Shown: piece after piece, positions 50,993-64,000 of the stretch
Layout: the number at the start of each line of letters is the position of its first letter
How positions within the stretch are numbered: the stretch's first letter is position 1
Assembly: GCF_004010195.1 (NCBI RefSeq)
Contig: NC_057716.1
Coordinates: 9,984,259-10,048,258, forward strand
Reading direction: 5' to 3'
Source of the DNA: Chiloscyllium plagiosum
Lineage: Eukaryota
Length of the DNA stretch: 64,000 nucleotides
The notes under the pieces: generated by a model
What the model saw: the letters and a program-made list of their open reading frames with translations, nothing else
What the model was told of the DNA's origin: nothing
Databases searched by the model: none
Translations under genes and position numbers: made by a program

Positions 50993-52799
50993 TTCATTCT
51001 GCAATTTAAAAAAAATAGCTGAAGGCACTGAATACAGCAAAAGCTGGCAACGTCCCAGCTGCAGTACTCACCTCAGACACAGCTGCACCCTTAGCCATGC
51101 TCCTTCAGTACAGCTACAATACTGAGAATAACCTGACAACAGGGGGAACTGGTGTACTAAAAGCAGGATAAATCCAACTTTACTAATTACTGCCCCATTG
51201 GTTTAACCTGAATGATCAGCTAAGAGATGAACAGTTTCACTGACATAACTATCATGCAGTTCTGTTGATGTGATCACCGCTACATTGGGAAGATAGGACG
51301 CCAACTTGCAGAATGTTTCAGAGAACATCTTTGGGACACAAACAAACCTACCTCCCTGTGGCCGAACACTTCAACTCCCCCTCCCACTCCGCTAAGGACA
51401 TGCAGGGAAGGAAATCTATCAAGTTTACCAGGTCTGCCTATGTAACTCCAGAAACACAGTGAAGTGAATGATCCTTTATTGCCTTATGAAATGACCTAGC
51501 GATCCACTCAGTTGTATCAAGCTACTCCAGAAAAGTAAAATATGAACAAAACTGGACAGACCACCTGGCATTGACCCAGGTGTCAGAAACATCAAGGCAT
51601 ACCCTGCATTCTCGTCTCTGCAAAGTCTTCATCACAAACATCTGGGGATTTGGCTGAGTCCTGAAAAACATCTTTGATAGACTGGCCTGTTGCAGGAGGT
51701 GAGAAAACTAGCAACAGCGGGCAAAAATATCTACCTGACCCTGTCCTCGTAAATCTAGTTGCTGTCGATGCATCGGTCTGTGACAGTATTGGCAAGGGTG
51801 ACTACCACATTATCCTTGTTGAGATGAAGTTATTTGTTCATTTTGAGGAGACTTCTCACAGGGGTAACTCTCACTCAAATGGGAAACTCTCACTCAAATG
51901 GGACAGATTCAGCAACAGATCTGGCAACTCAAAATGGTGCATTTGAGAGGTGCTGAAGGCGTCAGCAGCAGAACCGTATTCAACCACAATCTGCATATCC
52001 CTCACAGCACCATCAAGCTAAGGTGATAATGAGCTTCTGGGATTGCAGGGCTGTAGCAATAATATGGTAGGAGCAACAGTGATATATCTTAAACAAGGGT
52101 GATAATGTGGTGAAGCAGCCACACAAAATTATATACATTTTAAACAGCAGCGCAGCCAGCTAGACTGGGCAAAACTAACACATAACAAATGAATCAGATC
52201 AAAAGTTCTGCAACCTTGCCACATCCAGTCATGAACAGTGATGAGCAATTGAGAAGGAAACTCCAAAGTATTCCAAATATTCACTGGAGGAGCCCAGTCT
52301 GTGAAAATGACAATGCGAAGGGTATTTATAACTTCTCATACAGTCCCCACTGTCAGTCTTCAGAAAATTCAATTCATTCTGCAATTTAAAAAAATAGCTG
52401 AAGGCACTGGATACAGCAAAAGCTGGCAATGTCCCAGCTGTAGTACTGATCTCAAACACAGCCGCACCCTTAGCCATGCACCTTCAGTATAGCTACAATA
52501 CTGAGAAAAACCTGACAACATGGAAACTTATCCAAGAGTGCCTGGTGTACTAAAAGCAGGATAAATCTAACTTTACTAATTACTGCCCCATCGGTTTAAC
52601 CTGAATGATCAGCTAAGAGATGAACAGTTTCACTGACAGAACTATCATGCAGTTCTGTTGATGTGATCACCGCTACATTGGGAAGATAGGATGTCAACTT
52701 GCAGAATGTTTCAGAGAACATCTCTAGGACACAAACAAACCTACCGCCCTGTGGCCGAACACTTCAACTCCCCCTCCCACTCCGCTAAGGACATGCAGG
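50993..52799. repeat. ~420 bp direct duplication (50993-51406 vs 52373-52799) spanning a LINE/PLE junction
   Basis: Both copies run from ttcattctgcaatttaaaaaaa to gctaaggacatgcagg, with high identity and one ~13 bp indel. Confidence 0.9.
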
Positions 52800-54030
52800 T
52801 CCTGGGCCTTCTCCACCATCAAATTCTAGCTACCTGACACCTGGAGGAAGAACAGCTCATCTTCTGCCTTGGGACTCTCCAACCACATGAGATCATTGTT
52901 GATTTCACCAGTTTCCTGATCTCCCCTCCCCCCACCCAATCCCAGATCCAACCCTCCAACTCAGCACTGCCCTCTTGAACTTTCTTCCCACCTCTCCGCG
53001 CCACCCTCCACTCTGACCTATCACCATCACCCCCCACCTTCATCTATCTATCGCATTCCCAGCCACCTCCACACCCCTGCCCCAGCCACCTCAGGCACCC
53101 CTCCATATTCCTGATGAAGGGTTTATGCTCAAAATGTCGACTCTCCTGTTACTTGGATGCTGCCTGACTGGCTGTGCTTTTCCAGCACCACACTTTATAC
53201 CTCTGATCTCCAACATCTGCAGTCCTAGCACTTACTCAGCAACAACCTTTATTGTCAAACTCAGTTTGGGCTCTGCCCGGGCTACCTGGCTCCAGAATTC
53301 GAACCTTGGGCCAAAGTTGGACAAAAGAACTAAACTCCAGTGGTGGGGTGAGAACAAGTGACCTTGACATCAGTGTTTGATGAAGGAGGACATTGTAGAG
53401 TATAGACCAAAAGATACATGAGCTGAGTTAGGCCAATCGGTTCATCAAGTCTGCGCCACAGGGGTCTAGCAAAATTGGAGTCGAGTATCAGGAAAAGAAC
53501 TCTCCACTGGTCGGGGTCATACCCAGCACAAAAAGGAAACTGGCTATGGTTGCTGAAAGTCAGTCGTCACTGCTCCAGGACATCTCTGCATGAGTTCCTC
53601 AGGGTAGTATCCTAAACCCAAACCATCTTCAATGGTTTCATCAATGACTATCTCTACATCACAATGTCAGAAGTGGAGATGCTTGCTGGTTGTGTAGCGT
53701 ATTTCAAACAACTTCAGACTCTTCAGATACCGAGGCAGTGCACTCCCACAGGCAGCAATGTGAGGACAACATTCAGGCTCGGGCTGACAAGTGGGAACTA
53801 ACACTCCCACCACACAGCCTAAATGGACTAGGCATTGTGGCAATATAAACAGGTCAGAAACTGCGAATTCTGAGGCGAGTTACTTACTGCATGACTGTGC
53901 AAAGCCTTCTCATCATCTACAAGGCACAAGTCAGAAGTGTTATAGAATATTCTGCACTTGTCTGGATGACTGCAGTTCCAAGAACACACTTCAACCATCC
54001 ACAACAAAGCTTGATTAGCAACCCAGCCAC
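51405..54030 (+). mobile_element. Second long copy of the CR1/L2-clade LINE family of 4420-6902, interrupted by a PLE
   Basis: Shares ctgcaaagtc...aacatctgggga with 4705-4735. APE remnant DPVLVNL...DSIGKGDYHIILVE and RT remnant VPQGSIL. Confidence 0.7.
52648..53228 (+). mobile_element. PLE family B 3' end (GIY-YIG remnant, terminus with a CpG-decayed hammerhead)
   Basis: YIGK.G.QLAECFREHL...PVAEHFNSPSHSAKDMQVLG, then ATTC-CTGATGA(53111)-AGGGTTTATGCTC-AAAATGTC. Confidence 0.85.
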
Positions 54031-54395
54031 ACATCTTAAACAGTTAAGGCTACCACCAGTCTCCCTGTTGTAGGTATGGCTACTGTATTGTTAGAATAGC
54101 AGCTCCAGGATTATTTGCCAAAAAATAATGAAGGAATAGTGATATAATTCCAAATCAGGATGGCGTGTGGCTTGGGGAGAAACTTGTGTTCCCATACGTC
54201 TTCTGCTTGTCCTTCTAAGTCGTACAGATGGAGGATTTACAAGGTGTTATTGAACTTTACGAGTTGCTGCAGATGCATCTTCCACAGGGTACAGATTGCT
54301 AACACTTTGAGCCAGTGCAGGAGGATATTTGGTGTTTGGACCATGGGATGAGTGTGCACAGATCAGCATGGAGGCAAGTCAGGGGCCCTACGGTG

Positions 54396-54725
54396 GATTA
54401 GATTAGATTAGATTACATTACATTACATTACAGTGTGGAAACAGGCCCTTCGGCCCAACAAGTCCACACCGACCCGCCGAAGCGAAACCCCCCCCATACC
54501 CCTACATTTACCCCTTACCTAATACTACGGGCAATTTAGTATGGCCAATTCACCTGACCTGCACATCTTTGGACTGTGGGAGGAAACCGGAGCACCCGGA
54601 GGAAACCCACGCAGACACGGGGAGAACGTGCAAACTCCACACAGTCAGTCGCCTGAGGCGGGAATTGAACCCGGGTCTCTGGCGCGGTGAAGCAGCAGTG
54701 CTAACCACTGTGCCACCGTGCCGCC
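54396..54725 (-). mobile_element. Full-length HE1-like V-SINE, near-identical to 17695-18009
   Basis: Reverse complement of the 17695 copy, with a (gatta)n/(catta)n tail. Confidence 0.9.
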
Positions 54726-55207
54726 ATCGATTGTGGTGGAGAGGCATACTGGACCATTGGGAGTGGGTGGCATGAAGTGTGAGATGGCGGGGTTGGGTGC
54801 ATATGAAGACTTAAGGGTCTAATAACAAACTTAAGGCAAGTTAGAGCCCCAGGCAGCAAAAGCAGGCCTTTTAAACAATTGACTTGAGCACTCAGCAGCT
54901 CCTATTGCTGTCTCCAATCTGCATCAGGGTGATGTGCCTGACTGCCTCATGCCCTGAATCATCATCCCGACCCATCCCAGAATGAAGATCCTGCTCCTCA
55001 TTGTGGTGAGCGTGGCAAGACAGGGAATTCCCCAATTCTGTACACCAGCCTTGGGAGCCAAAAACCAGACCCATAACTGTATGCTTCCAAAATGTGTGTA
55101 CAAACCAGCTCAGTTTCTGCACACCTCTAAATGGTACAGCTTGGTTTAACCATTTCTTCTCATTTTTCTGACTGAAATGCACCACTTCCCATACTTCTGT
55201 GCATGGA

Positions 55208-55470
55208 ATGATAGAGACGTACAGCACGGAAACAGACTCTTCGCTCCAAATCATCCATGCCGACCAGATATTCTAAAATAATCTAGTCCCATTTGCCAGC
55301 ATTTGGCCCATACCCCTCTAAACCCTTCCTATTCATTTACCCATCCAGATGCCTTTTAAATGTTGTAATTGTACCAACCTCCACCACTTCCTCTGGCAGC
55401 TCATTCCATACACGTACCACCCTCTGCGTGAAAAAGTTGATCCTTAGGTGCCTTTTAAATCTTTCCCCCT
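55208..55470 (-). mobile_element. CR1 3' end
   Basis: Reverse complement of the 20705-21068 type. Confidence 0.8.
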
Positions 55471-55819
55471 CACAGAGTGGGGGAGTTTGAAGCACTTAAC
55501 CACTGAACAACAATCCAAACAAGATTAACGGTCACTGACTGGGGAATCATCCCTTTGAATTGTCATGGATTATTTACCATAATTACATAAGTAGCTAAGC
55601 AACATGATTGGGCATTAGTATTTTTATTATTAACAGCATTGTATAAATAATATTAATGAATAAAATTCCATAGGCAATCAGATAATGTAATTACCCAGTA
55701 CCAGAAGTGGTTATGAAGAAATCACTGATGGTTGTTAAAAGCATGACTCAATGTTTAAAATTCTACTTCTGAGCAGCTCTATAATTTTCACAAATGAATG
55801 CTTACAGCCCTGTACTTAC

Positions 55820-55939
55820 TGTCTCCATGCCAAGGAGGACCAGTAATGGAATAGTAGTTATTCCTCCTCTTATCCACTCTTCCAGTGTAACTGTACCATC
55901 GTGATCGTAGTCTATTTCCTCCATCATTTCCATAAGTAT
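55820..55939 (-). CDS. DGKG: Diacylglycerol kinase exon, EF-hand 2: [40 protein letters not shown]
   Basis: Acceptor ctctgcag, donor gtaagt, 120 nt, phase 0-0. Contains the EF loop [12 protein letters not shown]. Confidence 0.93.
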
Positions 55940-56774
55940 CTGCAGAGTAACATATGCACATCTAATCTACTGCCTTGTAAGTGTTTTCCTTCAAAGTTTC
56001 TTTGCTTTTAAAACAAATACTTACTTAAAATTCATACATTTGCTGTTCTTTTTGAAAGTTAAAAGACAATAATACACTGCTTTCTGTGACAATCTCAAAA
56101 TATTTATCAAAGATGGAAATTGGACATTGAGCAGGAATACTTGAGCTTTACATGGATGACCAAAATTTTGGTAGAATAATCAAATCTGGAGAAAACTTTG
56201 GGGGGTGGAGGGCAGTAAGGTGGTGAAGTGGAGCTGCTCTGAAGCACAGGGTGAGATTAAAAAAATGATATCGACATCAAAGATTGAAGAGAGGGGTTAA
56301 GAGGAGTTAAGAAATGTTACACAGAATGTTGGAGTTGTGAAAACTGAAGACATGAGCTGGCACACAACGTAGGAACTGAAAATTCGAGCCATGGAGAGAT
56401 TTGGAAATGAGGTTAAAGATTGAGCATCTGGGAAATATGTTGTGGTAGTAACAAGCGAAGTGATAGTGTGTTGGATTTGGGGTAGTACATGAATGGGTCG
56501 TGGAAGTTGAAATGTGTTTAAATTTAAGTTTACAGAGCATGGAAGTGTGGAAACCAAAGAAGGAGATGACATGAATCAGGGCAACTGAAGACAAAATTAT
56601 TGACTTTCAAATAATAGATAATAAATGGAGTTTAAAGCTTTCAGATAGAGCACTGAGGACACCATGCACAGAGCAAGTTCAATTGAATGAGCTTCTGGGA
56701 AGATATGGAACATGTGTTGTACTTCTCTTCAGGGCTGAAAGTGATAGTCTTAGTTTTCGAAAATTATGGAGTGG

Positions 56775-57720
56775 TTACAGCATAGAAGGTGGCCATTCAG
56801 CCCACTGAGTCCATTTCAGCATTCTGCAAGAGCAATTTAACTAGACTCACTCCCATAGCCCTTCCACTGTTAATTCACTTTATCATTTCTAGATGCACAG
56901 CCAATTCTCTTCTGAAAGCCTCAAATTAATCTTCCTCCACTATGCTCTTAGGCAGTGCCACTCCCCAGGTTATAAAATTCTTATGTTGTCTTTGATTCTT
57001 TTCTAAGTCTTTGTAAGTTGATATCCTCTATTTCTTGTCTACCCCACCATTAAGAATAATTTCTGTGTCTCTACTCCATCTGGGCCCCTCATCTCTTTCA
57101 AATCTTGTTGCAACTTTCTCTTCTCCAAGAAGGAAAATCCAAGATCATTCCACTCTGCATGCAACAGAAGTTGTCAACACTGCACACATTATCATACATC
57201 TTCCTTGCACCCTCTCTAAAGCCTCCCCATCCTTCCTGAAGTATGGCAGGCAGAATCAGACATATTTGAGATTGAACCCATTTTAAAAAGGCTCATCACA
57301 ATTCTCTTGGTATTGTCCTCTGTGCACTGAGTATAAATGCAAGAGTCCCATATGTCTTTTTAACCACCTTCTCAATCTGCCCTGCCATTTGTACACATAT
57401 GCAAACCTACAAGCCCAGTTGAAATCATGAATGTAAATTGAGAATATCAGTTATTCTAGTCCTAAACCCTGAGGAACACTACTGTATACCAACATCCAGT
57501 CCAAAACACAACTATTTGCTACAACCATCTGTCTTCTATCATACCGACAACTTGGAATCTTATGTCTGTTTTATTCCATGGACCACACTGTAGCTGACAA
57601 GCATGTCAGCTATCATTTTATCAAGCGTCTTCATGTCCACCATGTGAACCACATTATCCTCATCAACTTTCCCTGCTACCTTATCAAAAACTCTAGCAAG
57701 TTAGCTTAAATTGCAAAGAA
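56775..57720 (-). mobile_element. Old CR1 3' fragment
   Basis: Tail gaaggtggccattcagcccactgag and ttgcaccctctctaaagcctccccatccttcctgaagt. Confidence 0.55.
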
Positions 57721-58429
57721 ATTCTGGTTCACTCATGATAATTAAGCATTCATCACATAAGGCTAGTGGGAGTGGTGGGAAGAGATGGGAGTTAACCACC
57801 AACAATCAAACCAAGCATTAACCTTAATATCCATGATAATTAAGATGTTTGGAAGAATTGCTGGTGAAATAGGATAAGTGATACTCCTTATAGTGATTCA
57901 GACAGATCTAATGAATAGTAACTAAACCAGTAACACACCAGGTACTGTCAAGTTTGAAGTCCTTACACTCGTAACTGTGGAAGAAAGAATCATATTAGTG
58001 GAATCATGGAAAAGAGCTGATGAGGCATCAGGTTTTGAGGGGGGTTTGGTCACTGAAGAAGACAGTTTGAAAATGGCAAACTCTTCCATCCATAATTATT
58101 GTCATACTGTCAGCACTGTTGGTGGTCATGTGGTTGGATGGGGACGGACACTGGAAAATGAACAAGGGCAGTGAAATTGAAGAGAGGAAGTTGGGGAAAT
58201 TTAAGAAAAAACTGAAATCTGTGATAAGACCAAGCAAGGTAGGCAAAAATATCTTTGCAAGGAATTCTCCCTTATAGAATAAGCTTCACACAGTCAGGAA
58301 GGAGAGATCACATCCAGAGTGAGACACAGTCCCAGTAACTATATCGTTCGGGAAATTTGGAGACAGCATGGAAATAATACAGGCAAATCTTTGTTTTCTT
58401 TCTCCATTTTAAAAGGTTAAAATTCAATA

Positions 58430-58975
58430 GTCTAGTGAGACCACATAAGCGTCTGGTCAGACTGCATTAATAATATTGTGAGTGTTTTTCATCCTTCTTT
58501 GTCAGGAAGGATGTGCTGGTGTTGGAGGATGTCCAGAGGGGTTTTACATAAATGATCACAGGGATGAAAGCCTTGTCATATGAGGAACAGTTGAGGACAG
58601 TAGGCCTGTACTCGTGGAGTTTAGAAGGAAGAGGAAGGATTCTCATTGAAATTTACAAAATACTGAGAGGCTAGAGTGGACATGGAGCAGATGTTTCCAT
58701 GACTAGGAGAGACTAGGATCTGAGGGCACAGCCTCAGAGTGAAGGGATGACCCTTCAGAATTAAGATGATGAGGAATTTCTTTGGTCAGAAGGTGGCTAG
58801 TCTGTGGAACTCATTGATGCAGAGAGCTGTGTAGGCTAAGTCAGAAATAGATTCTCAATTAGTAAGGAGATCAAGGGTTATGGGGAAAAGGCAGGAGAAT
58901 GAGTTGAGAAATATCAAATGGCACAGAAGGCTGAATGGCCTAATTGTACTCCTATATCTTGTGATCTTAAGGTCT
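58430..58975 (+). mobile_element. CR1 3' end
   Basis: LVRP...RKDVLVLEDVQR...GLYS.EFRR-like reading and the tail ggctgaatggcctaattgtactcctatatctt. Confidence 0.75.
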
Positions 58976-59465
58976 TATAAACATGTTTCACATTAGCATG
59001 CAATGTTTCCACAAACTGTGATATTGCTATTACCCAGTTTAGGCCATTCAATCATTTGAAATTATTTTTCTCTCCCAGTTGGTTTTGCATCAATTTTAGA
59101 AGGTTTTACTGGTATGGATTTGGGGAGTGTCTGGTGGAATAATACATTTATTCTGAAATGTCACCTAAAATCAATGGAAAAGCAGAAAATATATTTTCAA
59201 GAAATTGTTTTGTGACTAAAATATTTTAAAATAAACAGAAGACATATGGCTGCATATTGGAGGTGTAATATTAAACTAAATTAAATTAAATTCCATCCTG
59301 ATGATTTGCAGGCATGCTGACAGTGGTTCAGTAAAGGCATTAATCTAAAATAATAGATGTATGCAACTTCTAGGAATCATTATGTGAAGCTTGCAGAGGG
59401 CACACAGAGGGCAGTGAATACATCACTTGCCTAATAAAACAATGGTGCTTCAAAGCAACACTTAC

Positions 59466-59540
59466 TGGCTTGAGTTCAGTCGCATCCCATTCCAAGTATT
59501 CCGCCACATGGACCATTTGATTAATGATACGATCTAATTC
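59466..59540 (-). CDS. DGKG: Diacylglycerol kinase exon between the EF-hands: ELDRIINQMVHVAEYLEWDATELKP
   Basis: Acceptor ttattgcag, donor gtaagt, 75 nt, phase 0-0. Confidence 0.93.
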
Positions 59541-61055
59541 CTGCAATAAAAGTAAAAACAAAATTTAAAAAGGTAACCGCCTGACATGTTTTGCTTTTGC
59601 TTGCAAAGACATTATGAGTTGGATTTTCTCAGTCCCAGTGCCATGTGGAGGTCTTGGGAAGAGAGTGGGGAAAGCATAAGATGGGCATGCTAATAGCACT
59701 CAGTCACCACACGATTTGTTAATAGTGGGTACTACAGCACGGTCACTGTCCATCAAACAAAGGCAAGCAATGAATGAATGAATGCTATCTTTCTAACGTC
59801 CATTTCCAGTCCTCGCTGATATTTTATGGTGTATTTGTAAACCATCTCGTAAGCTGTGATGGTGTCCTGGAAGGCCAGGGTCAGGGGCTTATTCTAGCTA
59901 CTTTTAGGGTTCATGGAGGGGTCTCCCACAAACAGCAGCCATCCTCATAGCTGTGTCTCTATTTTGACCGTACAAAAGCCAAAGCCCCATTTAGTAAAAT
60001 AAATTGTACAAGAGTGCCTCAAAGTGAAGGTGCCCTCACTTTCTCCCTGCAGCCTCAGCATCTTTACTACAGCCATTACAAAGGCTGCTGAGCAGCTGTT
60101 CTGAACACAGGACTGACATCTTGAGAAATGGGACACCATCCCAAATTGACCGCCTGGTGTCCTGCTGCTCACTCATGTGAGCTCGGGACCTGGTTCATAT
60201 TCTGGCAGCAGCTCTGCCTAAGTTGCAAAATGTTTAAAGGTTTCTGTAAAATTCAACAGTGTATATTTCAGAACATGAATTGTCACCAATGACATATATT
60301 AAGATCAATTCAAATAACTGTATAAATCATGTTTATTTTTCCCATATCAAAACAGAATAAAGACAAAGATGAAAGAGAAAGCAATTGTGCCTTACACAGG
60401 TTTTTCCCCATTATACTCTGAGTCATTGTCACTTTTCCAGAGCAAATAACATTCCTTTTGGCAGTGGGAAGAAAGCTGAAGAAAGAACCTAATTATGATT
60501 AACTCATTGAGTGTGAAAACAACAGGTTACTTTTGGTAGACTCGCATTTCCTTCTTCTGGTGAAACGGTTTACATTTTTCCTTTTGCACTGTTCACTGCA
60601 TTGCCTTGGGAGAGCAATCTTCAATTCTTACAGAATCTTAGACAATCTTGGATGGCTGGGAACTATCCTGTGCATCCAGACATAGAGAAGGGCTGTGATG
60701 ACAGGGACCGGGTAAAAGGAAACAGCCTTGGGTTGCTGCTTTTAATTGTTATTCAATGATTCCTGTTTCAAAATGACTAACTTGGGGGAGGTCAGGACTG
60801 AACTTGGCTCTCATGTCTACGTGGATGAATAATGCTTGTGGCCATTTAAAACAATGTAATATACAATATTCCAATACCACAGTAAAATCTGCATTGCATT
60901 CATGAAAAGGATTAAATACTATTATTACTTCTGCTGTGATACTCAAGAAAATGTAGACTTGAAAAGAAAAACATCTCCTTGCATTATAGCTGGTGAGTCG
61001 GCAAGTTTCAAGGATTACAGTTCTGCAATTCCTAAACAATCAAATAAAAACTTAC

Positions 61056-61105
61056 TGAGCTGTCCAGAACACCATTTCCATCTGTGTCATAGAGTCGAAA
61101 CATAA
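61056..61105 (-). CDS. DGKG: Diacylglycerol kinase exon, EF-hand 1: (F)MFRLYDTDGNGVLDSS
   Basis: Acceptor tttgacag, donor gtaagt, 50 nt, phase 1-0. The EF loop DTDGNGVLDSSE is completed by the next exon. Confidence 0.92.
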
Positions 61106-62078
61106 CTGTCAAAAAATAAATATCAGTAAGCGACGAATGATATACACTAATATTGAACTTGATATTTACTTTTAGGAGTTGAATTTATCAACTTTATTTT
61201 TTACGTGACATGTTAAAAGCACATACTGATTATCAGCATTAATGTCGTGTGTTAAGGCATCAGTGCTAATTGTTAGAAACATTTCAATGGGCAAACTCAA
61301 TCATTTACTCTTTAAAATTATTCGAGATGGGATTGGGATTGTCTCTCAAGTTTACTTGGAAAGTGCCAGGGACCTACTGCACTCTTAAGCTATGTACACT
61401 AAAGGACTGCAAAGTCTTTGAGAATTCTCTCTGCAATTACATTCAGGTAAGATACAAACCACTAGAAGACAGACAATTTCAGAATTCCTGAAGGAAAAAA
61501 ACAACGAAACAGCCTTGAGGATCTCTTTCACCCTTCATCTTCTTGTAAGGAATATTGACAAATTACCTCCTTGGGATAAAACCTGGTCTATTGTAAATGT
61601 GCAGAGTTTTGCACTGCTGCATAACGCTATTGCTGGCATTTCATAATTCATTAAATTTAATACTATCTAGATAGTGGGAATGCAATAACTTATTTTAATA
61701 AGGCACACTTTTGAATTAATCCCTCTTAATTTGCTATGTCAATACATCATAAATTGATAAAATATTTCATTAGTTAACATGTTTCCAAATTGAACACAAT
61801 GGAAAATGGGTGTTCATGTAATGCAATATCAATATGCTTTATGGCAAGAAGGATCTCTTCAACTGTATAAAGTAGATGCTTGTATGAAAGTTTGATGATA
61901 CGCAGATAGTAGCCCCACCACTTCTCAGTTAGATTATGAAGCGTCAATGCCACCAGTGAATATACTGGAATACACAAAACATCAGCTTAATGACCCCAAA
62001 GCCTGAACAAACAATGAACTGTATAATGTGACTAAGGATACTGACTTACAAAGTGAGGTTTGTTTCAGTCATTATTAT

Positions 62079-62439
62079 CATAGAATTTATAGAATCCCTA
62101 CAGTGTGGAAACAGGCCCTTTGGCCCAACAAATCCACACTGACCCTCCGAAGAGTAACTCACCTAGACCCATCCCTCTGCCCTATTATCCTATATTGTAT
62201 TTACCCCTGACTAATGCACCTAAGCTACATATCCCTGTCCACTATAGGGCAATTTAGCATAGCCAGCTCACCTAACGTGCACATCTTTGGATTGTGGGAG
62301 GAAACTGGAGCACCTGAAGGAAACCCATGCACACACTGGGAGAACGTGCAAACTCCACACAGTCGCCTGAGGCTCAAATTAAATCCGGGTCCCTGGCACT
62401 TGAGGCAGCAGTGCTAACCACTGAGCCACCATGCCACCC
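62079..62439 (-). mobile_element. HE1-like SINE (related subfamily)
   Basis: cagtgtggaaacaggccctttggccc...gcagcagtgctaaccactgagccaccatgccaccc. Confidence 0.85.
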
Positions 62440-64000
62440 ACTTATATCAAGAGAAGATGTCTAGTTACAAAAGAACATGTTGAAGCATACAACAAACACA
62501 ATATCATTTGCAATGATATCATGTGGAAGTGAAATGTAGTTTGATGATGGAACACTTCAAAAATAAGTTTTGAAATTTCAGCAAGAATGCTATGATGTAA
62601 AAAAAACTCTCCATATGGCAAGCAAAAAATAATCAAAAATTAAAGTAACAATTTCAAAAGTGTTTAATTTATAGATAGCGTATAAATAAAACATTACAAC
62701 ATGTGCTACAGTGGACTTACAAATAAGATCACATTGACCCCATCTCTACTTCTATACCCTTGGGAAAGTAGCATTTCAATTGCTTTCAGTGAGGACTGCA
62801 ATACATCTGTTTCAAGTAATGAAGCTGGTATTACATTTATTTGCAGGCTATTACACATTTCTGAAAGTTGCTGTCATTTGACTTATTTTGCTAGTTCGAC
62901 TGCTCAGCAATCATAAAAACCACACAATTTTTACGTCAATCATGAAAGTTCACACATTTCCAAAGTTGTTAATTACTTTCAATACTAAATTTAACAGTTT
63001 TTGGCTAAGAATCTAATTATTTTTCTTTACATGGCCCTAATCTGGTGCTGACTGAGCGTATGATTGTGAATCTTATTCCCACTATTATATTGGCGCTCAC
63101 AAGTGTAATATACACAAGTTAAAATCGTCAGGCCTGATAATTAAAACTACTTTAAAAAATGTTTTCACACTTGGGGATTTTTTTGGTGTCTGAGCAATGT
63201 ACGCAGCATTCTCCCCCATAGCCCCTGATTTGTGTTTTGCCTTGGTACCAAGTACCTTTTAGCTTCACCTTTCCATCAGGTATTAGGCTTAATCAATGCT
63301 ATTGTGGCTAAATAACTTTAAAATATTCAAATAAAAGCAAAAGGCTAATCAAAGGTCAAACTCATAAAACTATTTTTGAAATGCTGGGAACCAGATCAAT
63401 TTCAATTTTCCAACAGACTTCCTAAAACAAGACATAAATAATCTGTGGAGCAAAGCAGAAAAGGTAACAACAGTGAAGGAAGAAATCTGGTAAGCTAGGT
63501 AAAACATTCTGAACAGTATTTTCAATCTGAAACAACAGAAACCATCAAACTGAATCTTTCCGATTGTCAGGCAGTCATTCATGCAGTGTAGATGGGGACA
63601 CCCAGTGTACCCTGCCACTGGACCAGCACGGTCACCTCTTTGACGACATCAGCAAGAAAGTCCTTGGGGTTCTTGCCCAGTCAGGAAGCTCACCACTCAA
63701 GCCCTGTCCCACCTGAAGTCAGCAGCTTCTGGGAACTGGAGATCTTCACTGGAGGTACAGATGGTTGTTCCAGCAGTGGTGGCAGGGTCAGGCAGTATAA
63801 CAAAGTGGGGGGGGGGAAATGTGGGCAAAGCACACATTCAATGTGATTGAAAGCCCATCCATTGTCAGTTGTGACACTAAGATTGTGAACAAACTGGTTT
63901 ATCCTTAGATAATTGCCAGAGAGTTGGTAAAGTGAGAACAGAACTGATGGACTGTTAAGTTGAACTTTATATCTTTTCTGTCTTTATATTCCATGATTTG

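Noticed and set aside
61106-64000. Next upstream DGK exon (expected ...YLSLLE.GRP.DKLE)
   Set aside because: No matching splice-bounded sequence was found by eye; it probably lies beyond the window.

Overview
Eukaryotic genomic DNA, AT-rich and repeat-dense, almost certainly from a shark or other cartilaginous fish (HE1-type V-SINEs, CR1/HER1-type LINEs). The whole window lies inside one minus-strand gene, a type I diacylglycerol kinase that is most likely DGKG. Ten GT-AG exons (61105 down to 752) splice in frame and encode the EF-hands, C1a, C1b, the linker and the start of the catalytic domain; both ends of the gene are outside the window. The introns are filled with CR1 and L2-clade LINE fragments, HE1 SINEs, two Tigger-like MITEs, a decayed Gypsy element and the 5' end of an L1. 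The most notable signal is a set of at least five sequence families of Penelope-like element (PLE) termini, each carrying a minimal hammerhead-ribozyme motif (CUGAnGA-stem II-GAAA-palindromic tetramer-UH). Several are inserted as short (~220-370 bp) non-coding fold-back units flanked by 9-13 bp target-site duplications, with a ribozyme motif on each strand. All repeat calls are by eye and their boundaries are approximate unless TSDs or TIRs are given. There is a 662-N assembly gap at 21856-22517.
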